DNA from: a virus
IMG/VR virus record: IMGVR_UViG_3300009034_002371
Coordinates: 1-64,000 of that record
Strand: one strand, 5' to 3'
Length of the DNA stretch: 64,000 nt
A model generated the notes under the pieces. That model searched no databases. It worked only from the letters and a program-made list of their open reading frames with translations, and had not been told where the DNA came from. Every line of letters begins with the position of its first letter. The first letter of the stretch is position 1. Positions 48,495-58,598 of the stretch are shown piece after piece. The position numbers and the translations under genes were made by a program.

Positions 48495-49754
48495 ATGGTA
48501 TTGCTAATTAACTTACCGGCACCCTTTTTAGTTGAGCAAAGGGTACACCCACCACTGGGCTTATTATATCTAGGGGCTGTGCTACAAGAGAATAAAGTTG
48601 AGGTAGAAGTTGTTGATCTAGCAGGGCAGTCCTGTGAAGATCTGTTGGTGTATAATACCCCTGAGCTTGTTGGTATATCATCCGTTACTCCTCAGTTTGA
48701 CGATGCCAAGGTTGTTCTGGATCGATTAAGGGAGCAGTGTCCAGATGTACCAGTTGTAATTGGAGGGCCCCATGCTACCGTCGATCCTAAGTCCTGTGGG
48801 GTCTTTGACTATATTGCAGTGGGCGAGGGAGAACAAGTTATTGCAGATTATAAAAAGTGGGGTGAGGCTAAGGTAATTCAATATACATCTGCAGGCGATC
48901 TAGATAGTATTCCTTTCCCGGCTAGGGATCTAGTGGATCTCGGATCTTATAGTTACGATATCGGCGGCGAACCAGCTACAACTCTCGTGACTAGTCGCGG
49001 GTGCCCTTACCGTTGTGCATTTTGTTGTCGCACTTGTGGCCCTAGGATGAGGATGCGGTCTCCCGAGAATATTATTGAAGAGGTGCGTTTACTTAAGAGA
49101 AAGTATGGGTACAGGGCGTTTGCGATCTTTGATGATGTGTTTGTGCTAAATAGGAAGAGGATTAGTAGGATAACGAGTTTATTGAAAAAGGAAAATGTGA
49201 TATATAGGTGTTTTGTCAGGAGTGATGTTGTTGACTTGTCATTGCTCAGGATGCTTAAGGAGTCCGGGTGCTATGAGGTAGGGTTTGGGGCAGAGAGTGG
49301 CTCCCAGAAAATATTAGATGTTGTAGATAAGAGGACTAGCGTACAGCAAAATACACGGCTAGTTGAGATGTGTAAGCAGGTGAGTTTGAAAGTTAAGGCG
49401 TTTATGATTGTGGGCCTGCCGGGAGAAACTCACGAGACCATGCAGGAGACATATAACTGGTTAAGAGATGTTGCTCCCGATACCTGGGATGTATCCATTT
49501 ATACTCCATATAAAGGTAGTCGAATAGTTAGTAGTCCGTTTTTATATGACATAAAGATAAATAATATTGCTTTTAAGGATGCTTGGCACAAAGGAGTCCC
49601 AGGTGCGTATAAATGTGCCGTCTCCACTAGTGGCCTCAGCTCTGATGATATTGTACAGTGGCGGGATAAGATAGAAGCTGAGCTCGGAGGAAACCGGTAC
49701 AAGCATCCCGTCTCTGATGTGCTCCACAGCCTGAGCACAGGTCCAATCTCATGA
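48495..49754 (+). CDS. B12-binding radical SAM protein (class B methyltransferase-like)
   Basis: PPLGLLYL, GGPHAT, SRGCPYRCAFC, FGAESGSQ, GLPGET. Confidence 0.92.
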   Translation: MVLLINLPAPFLVEQRVHPPLGLLYLGAVLQENKVEVEVVDLAGQSCEDLLVYNTPELVGISSVTPQFDDAKVVLDRLREQCPDVPVVIGGPHATVDPKSCGVFDYIAVGEGEQVIADYKKWGEAKVIQYTSAGDLDSIPFPARDLVDLGSYSYDIGGEPATTLVTSRGCPYRCAFCCRTCGPRMRMRSPENIIEEVRLLKRKYGYRAFAIFDDVFVLNRKRISRITSLLKKENVIYRCFVRSDVVDLSLLRMLKESGCYEVGFGAESGSQKILDVVDKRTSVQQNTRLVEMCKQVSLKVKAFMIVGLPGETHETMQETYNWLRDVAPDTWDVSIYTPYKGSRIVSSPFLYDIKINNIAFKDAWHKGVPGAYKCAVSTSGLSSDDIVQWRDKIEAELGGNRYKHPVSDVLHSLSTGPIS

Positions 49755-51073
49755 CTCATGAAGTTTTAACAGCAAAGCGGCTCCCAAGTACCTTAGTGCA
49801 GGAGCTCAAGCGGTCGTTTGGTAATGCACCAGTACGTGGTGCTGAAATTGGGGTTCTAGACGGTCGGAATGCTCTGTACATGTTGCAGGCGCTAAATATT
49901 GAGAAGCTGTATCTTATAGATCCCTACGAGGGTTATAATGGATATTGTGATTTAGATGAAGATACCTTACGCGTTGCCAGGACGATGGCAATGCAAAGGC
50001 TAAAGCCTTTTGAGGACAGAATTGTATGGCTTTACCTAAGATCAGATGAAGCTGTAGACAAAATACCAGATATGCTAGATTTTGTCTATATCGATGGTAA
50101 TCATAGTTATGAATATGTTAAACGAGATATTGAGAATTATCACTGCTTGGTAAAGCCTGGCGGTTTTGTTGGAGGACATGACTATACTTCAAATATCGAC
50201 CCGAGATATGTTATTAAGGTAAAGAAAGCCGTTGATGAGTTTGTTACTAAATATGGTTATAAGTTGTTCGTTCGCCCTTATAGAAAATCAGATGACTGGC
50301 CAGATTGGTGGGTGAGGACAGGAACAGTACATTTTATTTGGTTTGGCCCGGCAGCCTTAGGCTATGCAGATTTTTTAGCAGTTAAAACTGCTGCATTGGT
50401 GTATGGTGTAGCCCCCTATGTTTGGTTGGATGCTGTGCCCGAAAATGAGTGGCTATCAAGAATAAGGGAGATTTCCATACAGGGGCAAATTAAAGATGAG
50501 TGGTTAGATATTGCACATTTAACTACAAATACTGGGCACCGATCAGATTACCTGAGATATCAACTTCTACATGACTTCGGTGGTTTATATTTAGATTTTG
50601 ATACCATTTGTGTAAGATCCATTTTTGATCTCAGCCTCAATGGCGTAGTTGTAGGACGCCAGGGGATACAAATAGACCCTCTAAATGGTGCTGTTATGTA
50701 TGTTGCCGAGCCTTGTCATCCAATTGTAAAGACTCTGTTGTGCAAATCTACTGACTTGTTGAAAAGGTTTGGGAGTGGGCTTCAATGGGAGGCTACAGGG
50801 CCCTGGCTGTTGAAGGAAGTGTTATTTGAGAATGAACATTCCCACACTATTTTACCTCAGGAGGTTTTCTACTTTTACAGTCCCTGTAATTGGCAGCAGT
50901 TGTTTAGGGATAATCCTGTAAGTGATCAAATGTATGTTATGCACTGGTGGCGCGCTGCTGCTAAGGGAAAAGTAGGTAAGATTGCGGCAAGGAAGATTAC
51001 ACCAGAGTATGTTAGAACGTCGAGTGAGTTTTATGCCAGGGTAGTTAGGGAGGTACTAGGGGATGACGTGTAG
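49751..51073 (+). CDS. Methyltransf_24 + GT32 fusion
   Basis: N-half paralogous to 46325, C-half paralogous to 46867. Confidence 0.85.
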   Translation: MTHEVLTAKRLPSTLVQELKRSFGNAPVRGAEIGVLDGRNALYMLQALNIEKLYLIDPYEGYNGYCDLDEDTLRVARTMAMQRLKPFEDRIVWLYLRSDEAVDKIPDMLDFVYIDGNHSYEYVKRDIENYHCLVKPGGFVGGHDYTSNIDPRYVIKVKKAVDEFVTKYGYKLFVRPYRKSDDWPDWWVRTGTVHFIWFGPAALGYADFLAVKTAALVYGVAPYVWLDAVPENEWLSRIREISIQGQIKDEWLDIAHLTTNTGHRSDYLRYQLLHDFGGLYLDFDTICVRSIFDLSLNGVVVGRQGIQIDPLNGAVMYVAEPCHPIVKTLLCKSTDLLKRFGSGLQWEATGPWLLKEVLFENEHSHTILPQEVFYFYSPCNWQQLFRDNPVSDQMYVMHWWRAAAKGKVGKIAARKITPEYVRTSSEFYARVVREVLGDDV

Positions 51074-53192
51074 GTTAATACACTTTGTATGGTTTGGACC
51101 TAGACCTTTAGGTTATACTGAGTTTCTGGCTGTTAAAACAGCCCGTAAGATATATGGGGTTGAACCATACCTCTGGACAGACAATTCTGTCCCGGAAAAC
51201 GAGTGGTTGTTAAGAATAAAAGAGATCGCCGTACAAAAACAGATTAAAAGTGAGTGGCAGCAGATCGCTAACCTTGCCAGCAAGTATAATTACAAATCAG
51301 ACTATCTAAGATATCAACTCCTACACGATTACGGGGGTTTGTACCTAGATATAGATACCCTCTGTGTGAAACCTATCTTCGGCCTCGTTCTGCAGGGTTT
51401 GGTCGCCGCGCAGCAGCAGTCTTCCAAAGAGCCCATCAATGGCGCTGTTATGTATGTTGCCGAGCCTCAGCATCCAGTTGTGGCTGCCCTCTTAAACGAA
51501 TCTATAAGAATACTCAGAGAGGTCAAGTCTATGACCTGGTCAGAGATTGGCCCTAAATTGCTTTCCAAAACTTTGAAACCGAATATTGATTGTACTATAC
51601 TACCTCATGAACATTTCTATTTCTATAAGTCGTCTCACTGGCGGCAGATATTTGAGGATAATCCTATAGATGACCAGATGTGTGTTATTCATTGGTGGAA
51701 CAAACATGCAGGTGCATTTGCCAGGAAAACTGTTAACCCAGAATATATTAGGACTTCTAACAGCCTCTATGCCAAGATGGTAAAGAGAGTGTTAGGTTCG
51801 GATTATGGTTTGTCCCAGAAGACACCTGCACTGTCGGCTATTGTTTCTATTATGGGTGATCACCCTCAGCGAGCCAGAAACTTTGAAGCGACTCTGCGGT
51901 GTATACAGCAACAAGACTTCCAAGACTATGAGCTAGTAATTGTAGAGCAGTATATAGAGAAGCCTCTATGGGAGAGTCGTGCTAAATCTCTAAATGCAAC
52001 TTACATGACCATCACAGAGAGTACCCTACCTGACTGGGCACGCTTCTGCCTTTCGTGGTGTAAGAATGTCGGAGCCCGGGTATCTAAGCATGATACTTTA
52101 TTGATGCTTGATGGTGATGTGGCATTTGGTAATGATTACTTTTCACGTGTGGTTAGTACTTTCAGGACTGATTGGGGTTACCTTATGGGATTTAGCTTGC
52201 TTATCCGGTTGAACACCAAAGGTACTGGCATCTACTTGAGAGATGGGACCTACCATGCGGAGTGGCCACGTGAGCATGTTGAGAAGACTAACAATCCAGG
52301 TTTCTCAGGTAGTGGAGGCGGGGGTGGTTCCGTTGTCTTCGACAAGCGGTTTTTCTTTGATGTTATAGGGGGTTATAGTGAGAATTATTTCGGCTGGGGT
52401 AAAGAGGATAAAGATTGTCTACTGAGGGCTTATAGATTTGCTGGAGGCAATGAAGAGGGTAGGTTAAGGCGTATGGACTACACCCTACTGCATTTGTTCC
52501 ATCGCCACATAGGACTCGCGCATAGGCCGAAGGAAGCGACTACCCACTATTTCAAGTATACACGGCCATATCCACGTCGTGTTACACATCTTCTCGTGGA
52601 GGCCCAAGTAGGTAGACCGGAGCATAGAACTCTTATAGATCTGTCGCGTTTGGATTCTCCCAGTGCTGGTTGTGTTGAACTTCAAAGATCCCCGTTGTCC
52701 CAGGAAGAACGTGTGAGTATGTTGGGTAACCACCACCCCGAGTATAGTTTTGAAGATTTCACTAATCAAAAGTTGTTCGATGCCACAGATCTAGACGGCT
52801 CTGTCATTGTTGGCAGTTGTTTCTATCAGGATCCCGATTCTCAAGATGCAGATCCTCGCGTGAAAGTTTTTCCTGATGATATGCAGGGGGTTACGTTTAT
52901 TGAATGCAATTTAGATAATGTGTATGTACCCCCAGGTAATACAGTTGACCTCTTGTGTTCTTGTAGGAGGATCAAACGTCAGAATGACGGAGAGTCTTGG
53001 ATACTTAATGAAGATCTAGTGCCTATTGAGCCATTGAGCAAGGAACGCTTAGCCGCGGTTGGTGGTAATATAGTCCCCAGGAAGATACCGCGACGTGCTA
53101 TACGTAAAGAGGAATTGCGTCGCTTACGCAGTGAACGAATGAAGAAGTTCCAAGAGTTTTACGCGTCTCGAGAGAGGCAGGATGAAGAATGA
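51063..53192 (+). CDS. GT32 + GT2/7 fusion with unknown C-terminal domain
   Basis: GGLYLDID (GT32); LDGD...GGYSE..GWG.ED (GT2/7); then DFTNQ...GSCFYQ...FIECNLDNV domain. Confidence 0.82.
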   Translation: MTCRLIHFVWFGPRPLGYTEFLAVKTARKIYGVEPYLWTDNSVPENEWLLRIKEIAVQKQIKSEWQQIANLASKYNYKSDYLRYQLLHDYGGLYLDIDTLCVKPIFGLVLQGLVAAQQQSSKEPINGAVMYVAEPQHPVVAALLNESIRILREVKSMTWSEIGPKLLSKTLKPNIDCTILPHEHFYFYKSSHWRQIFEDNPIDDQMCVIHWWNKHAGAFARKTVNPEYIRTSNSLYAKMVKRVLGSDYGLSQKTPALSAIVSIMGDHPQRARNFEATLRCIQQQDFQDYELVIVEQYIEKPLWESRAKSLNATYMTITESTLPDWARFCLSWCKNVGARVSKHDTLLMLDGDVAFGNDYFSRVVSTFRTDWGYLMGFSLLIRLNTKGTGIYLRDGTYHAEWPREHVEKTNNPGFSGSGGGGGSVVFDKRFFFDVIGGYSENYFGWGKEDKDCLLRAYRFAGGNEEGRLRRMDYTLLHLFHRHIGLAHRPKEATTHYFKYTRPYPRRVTHLLVEAQVGRPEHRTLIDLSRLDSPSAGCVELQRSPLSQEERVSMLGNHHPEYSFEDFTNQKLFDATDLDGSVIVGSCFYQDPDSQDADPRVKVFPDDMQGVTFIECNLDNVYVPPGNTVDLLCSCRRIKRQNDGESWILNEDLVPIEPLSKERLAAVGGNIVPRKIPRRAIRKEELRRLRSERMKKFQEFYASRERQDEE

Positions 53193-55129
53193 GAACTATA
53201 CCAGTAAAGGAATATGTTGAAGATAGGATAGAAGATAACGGATCGTATAGTCGGACTTTTCTGTCCTATCCTAAATACCATAGGCATGAAGATGGTACCC
53301 TCCATGAGACTGATTGCACTATTATAGAGAGTCAGGATCCTGATTGGGATTGGGAAGTTACCGAGGGTGTCTGGACTCTTTATGTTAAAAGAGATGGTAC
53401 CTTCCAGTCGCGGTTCCATGAACATACTGTTACAAGGAAGCCGGTTGGTATTGGATTTTATAATATCAGAACCAAGACTTCCATAAACAGAGTTGAGTTT
53501 GATTTAACTACATGGGACGTTGAGGTTGGGCATGATACCATAACATGGACAAATCCTGAGAACGGTATTATCTTTAAGGTATGGTATATACATGATCAGG
53601 CTCGAGGTATCGTGGAACTTCCACAAGAAGTACAAACAGAGTTATTAGCTAAGAGGCGCAAGAGCTGGTCCCGTGAAAATACTTATGTTAGCGTTATTTA
53701 CGATGCTGATATGAATTTTCAGGATGAGGATATGGAGTCCGAAGATCGGATCAGACATAAGCATCCTGATTGGGAGATCCAGATCGGAGGGCACCACATC
53801 GTCCATGAAAAATTCGGTCGGAAACCGAATCCACATCCCCCAGAGGTTGAGCGGGAAGATGCAGATGAGTCACTAGATTATACATGGCCCAAACGTAAGA
53901 TATACTTTGCCGAACAGAAGAAGTTCATCGAAGCCTGTAGAATAGATGCTCTGGAAAGCGAAGATGGGAAAATCATTTTCAATACTACCGATACCTTTGG
54001 TTTTGCTTTCTGCGAAGATGCCTATATCCGTGGCTATCCTAATTACAATAATACCAACTATAATGGTGTCGGTCTTATTGTAGATGGGCACACCAGTTCC
54101 GCGTGTGAGTATTTTTCGTTTATCAGATTCAACTTGAGTAGTCAGCTTGGTATCCCAGGTACTATATCTCTTGTTCGCTTGTACTTATACTGCTATAATA
54201 CTTCCTACGGTGGGATCGATTACATGTATGCCAGCCCGACACTCAAGCCGTGGACAGAAACGGGAGTTACCTGGCGTAGATGGAATGGCTCTGCGTATTG
54301 GAATGACCCGGGAGCTTGGTACGGGTTTTATGACTGGGAGGGATGTGAATACGATTTCAATACCCTGAATGGGGCTGGTTGTGATATTAGTAAGTATTAC
54401 GCCTCTAGGCCGGTTAATGAAGGTCACGAGGATTCCTATATAGCTATTGGTGATCTTGGGTTCCATAATATGTTTGACCATCTCCAGGCCCAGTGGGAGG
54501 CCGATAAGTGGTATGGTTGGAAAATCCACAACCCGTCTGACGAGCTTGGGAGAGCATATTTTAGAGATTCTGAGTATGCGACTGTTGGTCAGAGGCCCTA
54601 TTTAGAAGTTACTTGGGTATCTAGTAGTTCAAGTAGCTCTGCCTCGTATAGCTGTAGTTCCTCAAGTTCCAGCTCGTCCCACTCCAGTTCTTCCTCGTTT
54701 AGTTCTAGTTCTTCCAGCTTCAGTAGTTCAAGCTCATCGTGTTCTAGTTCCTATCCAGGTCCATACTACGTTAGGGCGGACGCACTCGGTGGAGGTGTGG
54801 GAGATGCCGATACTCAGGCTCGAGCTCTTACTCCGGAAGAATTTAGAACTCATAATGCAGGGTCCCCGGTAACCTATTACGTTAAAGGAAAATTTGGAAC
54901 ATGTTTAGGTGACTACGCATTTAGTGGTAACTTAAACTACTCGGCAAGGGATGGTAATTTTGCTAATGCTATGCTTATCAAGGGATACCTGAACAACGGG
55001 CCACTTGACGTAGTCCACGGAAGGTATCGTCCAAGATTTATTCTTGGGGATGTCTCTCTGAGTTCGTCAAGCTCGTGTAGTTCAAGTTCTGGTTCTTCAA
55101 GTGTTAGTTCTTCAAGTAGCTCTACTTGA
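53189..55129 (+). CDS. Virion surface protein: N-domain + DNRLRE-like domain + Ser tract + beta-helix N-terminal cap + Ser tail
   Basis: EDAYI...FIRFNLS...LYLY...W.ETGVTW...F.DSE....RPYLEVTW (DNRLRE-like); YYVRADA.GGG.G...RPR cap. Confidence 0.7.
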   Translation: MRTIPVKEYVEDRIEDNGSYSRTFLSYPKYHRHEDGTLHETDCTIIESQDPDWDWEVTEGVWTLYVKRDGTFQSRFHEHTVTRKPVGIGFYNIRTKTSINRVEFDLTTWDVEVGHDTITWTNPENGIIFKVWYIHDQARGIVELPQEVQTELLAKRRKSWSRENTYVSVIYDADMNFQDEDMESEDRIRHKHPDWEIQIGGHHIVHEKFGRKPNPHPPEVEREDADESLDYTWPKRKIYFAEQKKFIEACRIDALESEDGKIIFNTTDTFGFAFCEDAYIRGYPNYNNTNYNGVGLIVDGHTSSACEYFSFIRFNLSSQLGIPGTISLVRLYLYCYNTSYGGIDYMYASPTLKPWTETGVTWRRWNGSAYWNDPGAWYGFYDWEGCEYDFNTLNGAGCDISKYYASRPVNEGHEDSYIAIGDLGFHNMFDHLQAQWEADKWYGWKIHNPSDELGRAYFRDSEYATVGQRPYLEVTWVSSSSSSSASYSCSSSSSSSSHSSSSSFSSSSSSFSSSSSSCSSSYPGPYYVRADALGGGVGDADTQARALTPEEFRTHNAGSPVTYYVKGKFGTCLGDYAFSGNLNYSARDGNFANAMLIKGYLNNGPLDVVHGRYRPRFILGDVSLSSSSSCSSSSGSSSVSSSSSST

Positions 55130-55187
55130 TGGTACATATTTACGCCTTGACTGTACTTAGGGTGAATTTGTAATTGGGGGTTGTTGT

Positions 55188-58100
55188 ATGAAACCTCAAC
55201 CAACGGGTTTATATACCGAAGACGCGATAGAATCGGGTGGTATGCACCATACCACCTTCCTATCCTATCCCAAATATCATCGACATGAAGATGGTACTCT
55301 CCATGAGACTGATTGTGTTATCAGGGACAGTCAGGACCCTGATTGGGATTGGGAAGTTATCGAGGGTGTCTGGACTCTTTATGTTAAAAGAGATGGTACT
55401 TATCAGTCCCGATTTCATGATTATACTATCACGAGAAAGCCAGTTGGTGTTGGGTTCTGTAACACACATTCCAAGAAGTGTGTCGTTAAGATAGACTTTG
55501 ATCTGAACTCCTGGGTAGTCAAGATCGATGGGGATACTGCAACATGGACAAATCCCGATAACGGTATTGTTTTCAAAGTCCAGTATATACATGATCAGGC
55601 TCGAGGTATCGTAGAACTTCCACAAGCAGTACAAACACAACTGTTAGAGGATTGTGGATCCTGGCCAGTTGAAGATACCTCCGTTTGTGTTATTTATGAT
55701 GCCGATATAGACTTCCTTAGTGAAGATGTAGATACTGTAGATAGTATAATAGATGGGAACTCGAAGTGGGTAGTTAAAGTTGGAGGACTTTATGTAGTTC
55801 ACGAGAAGCATGGACTGGTAAGTAAAGAACACCGCGATAATCTCGCTTGGCAAAAGCATACGATATACCTTCCTGAACAAAAGAGATATATTGAAGCATG
55901 TGCTCTAGATGCTTTAAAAAGTGAAGATGGCGTACTTATCTTTAACGATACTGATACGTTTAAGGAAGGTGTGGATGGCTACTCAGGCTGCGAGGATACT
56001 TATATAGAGTTAAGTAGTGAAACCACCCACGGTAGTTCTACCCAGATATACTGCGACGGGGACTCTTGGGATACAAAGAAAGTCTTGATTAAGTTTGACC
56101 TAAGTGGTGAGATTCCACTAGTTCCTCATCAAACAATAACTTCTGCTTCCCTGGGTCTATACGTTCTTAACCACTTTGATGGCCCAGCTGACTCCCTTCG
56201 GATTATGTGTGCAGGTGTCCTTAAACCATGGACAGAAGATGAGGCTACCTGGACGCGCTGGCATAAAACAAATGACAAGTGGTGGCACAGTAGCGGCTGT
56301 GATGCTAAGAATGACTATGCCTACTTCAATAGTTTTAGTGGTTATGGGTATGATAGATTTAGTAGTTGGACCCAAGCGTTTATTAACGAAAGTGATGAGG
56401 ATGACTACACTTCATGGGTTGTTAGACCATGGCAAATACAAAAGCAGTATGATGCTCAGCTCTGGTATGGTTGGGTACTCGACCCTGGCGTTCCAGAGCA
56501 TGTAGAAATTACTTTTGCTAGTTCGGAGCATGCTGATCCAACAAAGCGGCCGTATCTGACAGTTACCTGGGAACCAACTAGTTCCTCAAGCTCCAGTTCG
56601 AGCTTCAGTAGTAGTTGTTCCAGTTCGAGCTTCAGTAGTAGTAGTTCTTCATGGGGCCCCTACAGTTGTCAGTTTGGAGATTATACAGTACTACAACACC
56701 TTCATTTTGAAACTGAAAACCCTGATGGGATCCAAATTGGTAAATATAGTATTGTCCATAACTGTTATGCTAACCAGGCCTCCCCCACTGCAGACTATCC
56801 AGCGTGGAAAGCAACTGGAAGCGGATTTAATGTAACTTCGTTCATCAGCTGTGAAGGGGCTAGTGTTGGTGGGTACGCCTTCTATACAGATCTTGAGGAT
56901 ATAACCTTCACAGGGTGCCTTGCTCGTGATAGTAATGTTGGTTTTTATGTTGGAAACCAGGCTATCAGATTAGTCCATAATCTGATTTATAACTGTGCAC
57001 GTGGTATACATATAGCAAGTAGAGATACCTTTATACATGGCAATACTATTTACAACTGTAGTACCTGTGGAATATATCTTGGTACTACTTGGGCCAGTGT
57101 GTACATTCTAGGCAATATTTTAGATTCCTGTGACTATGGTATATTGGCATCTTTTCGACAACCGGCATGCTATCTTGATTGGAACAATTTCAGTAATAGC
57201 CTCACTCTAGATATAGCCCAGTCTGGTGGCCAAGACGTTGTGAATAAGGGGCCGAATACTACCTCCCTTGATCCTGGTTTCTTTGATATAGGAAGTTTAG
57301 ATTTCCGTGTTGGTCAACATATGAGGGGACTTGGTGTTAAGTCTAATTTTGGTAGTAATAATATTATAGCAGCTAGTTGTATCGGCTATCCGGATCAGGG
57401 AGCCATACAGCGGAGAGAGGTAATTGGTGAGGATGCAGCGGTATGGGAGACAGGACCTGATGCACATACCGGAATTGGTTATGTGAAGCTGAGTCCTACT
57501 CACGCTAGTAGATATCCCCTGAAGTGGGAATTCTTAGCTCCTGTCAAAGCTGATCGTGCTCTTCAGTTTAGCTTTTGGCGTAAGGGGAGTTTTAGTGGTA
57601 CATTTCAATTTCTTGCAACAGGTGTTGGTATAAGCATATCTGAGGTTGTTGCTGTACCGGGTTCGTATCAACAACATATATCCCCTGTGGTGACTCCAAC
57701 TTCGGATCAGTTTGCCAAGATAACGTTACAAGCGCAAGGAACAGGTACTATCTATGTCGATGACTTTGGAACTTCGCAAAGTTGTTCCTCAAGCTCATCG
57801 TTCTCAAGTAGTTGTTCCTCAAGCTCATGTAGTAGTTCCTGTTCGTCAAGTTCATGTAGTTCATCGTTCTCAAGTAGTTGTTCCTCAAGCTCATCAAGTT
57901 CATGTAGTTCATCGTTCTCAAGTAGTTGTTCCTCAAGTTCATGTTCGAGTAGCTTCTCAAGTAGTTGCTCTTCGAGCTCCAGCTTTAGTTCATCATGCTC
58001 AAGTAGCTTCTCAAGTTCATGTAGCAGCTCCTCGTTCTCAAGCAGCTGCTCATCGAGTTCATCATGTTCAAGTAGCTTCTCATCGAGTTCATCATGTTCA

Positions 58101-58589
58101 AGTAGCTTCTCAAGTAGCTGTTCATCGAGCTTCTGTTCATCAAGTTCATGTTCAAGTAGCTTCTCGAGCTCCTGTTCATCGAGCTTCAGCTCATCGAGTA
58201 GCTGTTCAAGTAGCTTCAGTAGCTGCAGTTCAAGCTTCAGCTCATCAAGTTCATGTTCAAGTAGCTTCTCGAGTTCATGCTCTTCGAGCTTCAGCTCATC
58301 GAGTTCATGTTCAAGTAGCTTTAGTAGCTGCAGTTCATCGTTCTCAAGTAGCTGCTCATCGAGCTTCAGCTCATCGAGTTCGTGCTCAAGTAGTTTTAGT
58401 AGCTCATCGAGTAGCAGTTTCAGTTCATCGAGTTCATGTTCAAGTAGTTTCTCAAGTTCATGTTCAAGTAGCTTCTCAAGTTGTTCATCGAGCTCCAGCT
58501 TTAGTTCATCATGTTCAAGTAGCTTCTCAAGTTGTTCATCGAGCTCCAGCCTTAGTTCATCATGTTCAAGTAGTTCGAGCATACAGTAG
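55188..58589 (+). CDS. Virion surface protein: N-domain + DNRLRE-like domain + Ser tract + beta-helix body + jelly-roll/CBM-like domain + ~265-aa Ser/Cys/Phe tail
   Basis: N-terminus paralogous to 53189; FKEGVDGYSGCEDTYI...FASSE....RPYLTVTW; middle aligns with aa ~98-470 of 58599. Confidence 0.75.
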   Translation: MKPQPTGLYTEDAIESGGMHHTTFLSYPKYHRHEDGTLHETDCVIRDSQDPDWDWEVIEGVWTLYVKRDGTYQSRFHDYTITRKPVGVGFCNTHSKKCVVKIDFDLNSWVVKIDGDTATWTNPDNGIVFKVQYIHDQARGIVELPQAVQTQLLEDCGSWPVEDTSVCVIYDADIDFLSEDVDTVDSIIDGNSKWVVKVGGLYVVHEKHGLVSKEHRDNLAWQKHTIYLPEQKRYIEACALDALKSEDGVLIFNDTDTFKEGVDGYSGCEDTYIELSSETTHGSSTQIYCDGDSWDTKKVLIKFDLSGEIPLVPHQTITSASLGLYVLNHFDGPADSLRIMCAGVLKPWTEDEATWTRWHKTNDKWWHSSGCDAKNDYAYFNSFSGYGYDRFSSWTQAFINESDEDDYTSWVVRPWQIQKQYDAQLWYGWVLDPGVPEHVEITFASSEHADPTKRPYLTVTWEPTSSSSSSSSFSSSCSSSSFSSSSSSWGPYSCQFGDYTVLQHLHFETENPDGIQIGKYSIVHNCYANQASPTADYPAWKATGSGFNVTSFISCEGASVGGYAFYTDLEDITFTGCLARDSNVGFYVGNQAIRLVHNLIYNCARGIHIASRDTFIHGNTIYNCSTCGIYLGTTWASVYILGNILDSCDYGILASFRQPACYLDWNNFSNSLTLDIAQSGGQDVVNKGPNTTSLDPGFFDIGSLDFRVGQHMRGLGVKSNFGSNNIIAASCIGYPDQGAIQRREVIGEDAAVWETGPDAHTGIGYVKLSPTHASRYPLKWEFLAPVKADRALQFSFWRKGSFSGTFQFLATGVGISISEVVAVPGSYQQHISPVVTPTSDQFAKITLQAQGTGTIYVDDFGTSQSCSSSSSFSSSCSSSSCSSSCSSSSCSSSFSSSCSSSSSSSCSSSFSSSCSSSSCSSSFSSSCSSSSSFSSSCSSSFSSSCSSSSFSSSCSSSSSCSSSFSSSSSCSSSFSSSCSSSFCSSSSCSSSFSSSCSSSFSSSSSCSSSFSSCSSSFSSSSSCSSSFSSSCSSSFSSSSSCSSSFSSCSSSFSSSCSSSFSSSSSCSSSFSSSSSSSFSSSSSCSSSFSSSCSSSFSSCSSSSSFSSSCSSSFSSCSSSSSLSSSCSSSSSIQ
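57774..58580 (+). repeat. Longest Ser/Cys/Phe low-complexity tract (~800 bp)
   Basis: Imperfect repeats of tcaagtagcttc / tcatcgagttcatgt units; same DNA vocabulary as 7634-8104. Confidence 0.92.
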
Positions 58590-58598
58590 AGGTAGAGG

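Noticed and set aside
21147-53192. Host O-antigen/capsule locus or DNA-hypermodification cluster
   Set aside because: No flippase, polymerase, chain-length regulator, priming transferase or membrane proteins, and no base hydroxymethylase or DNA-metabolism neighbours; not fully excluded without experiments
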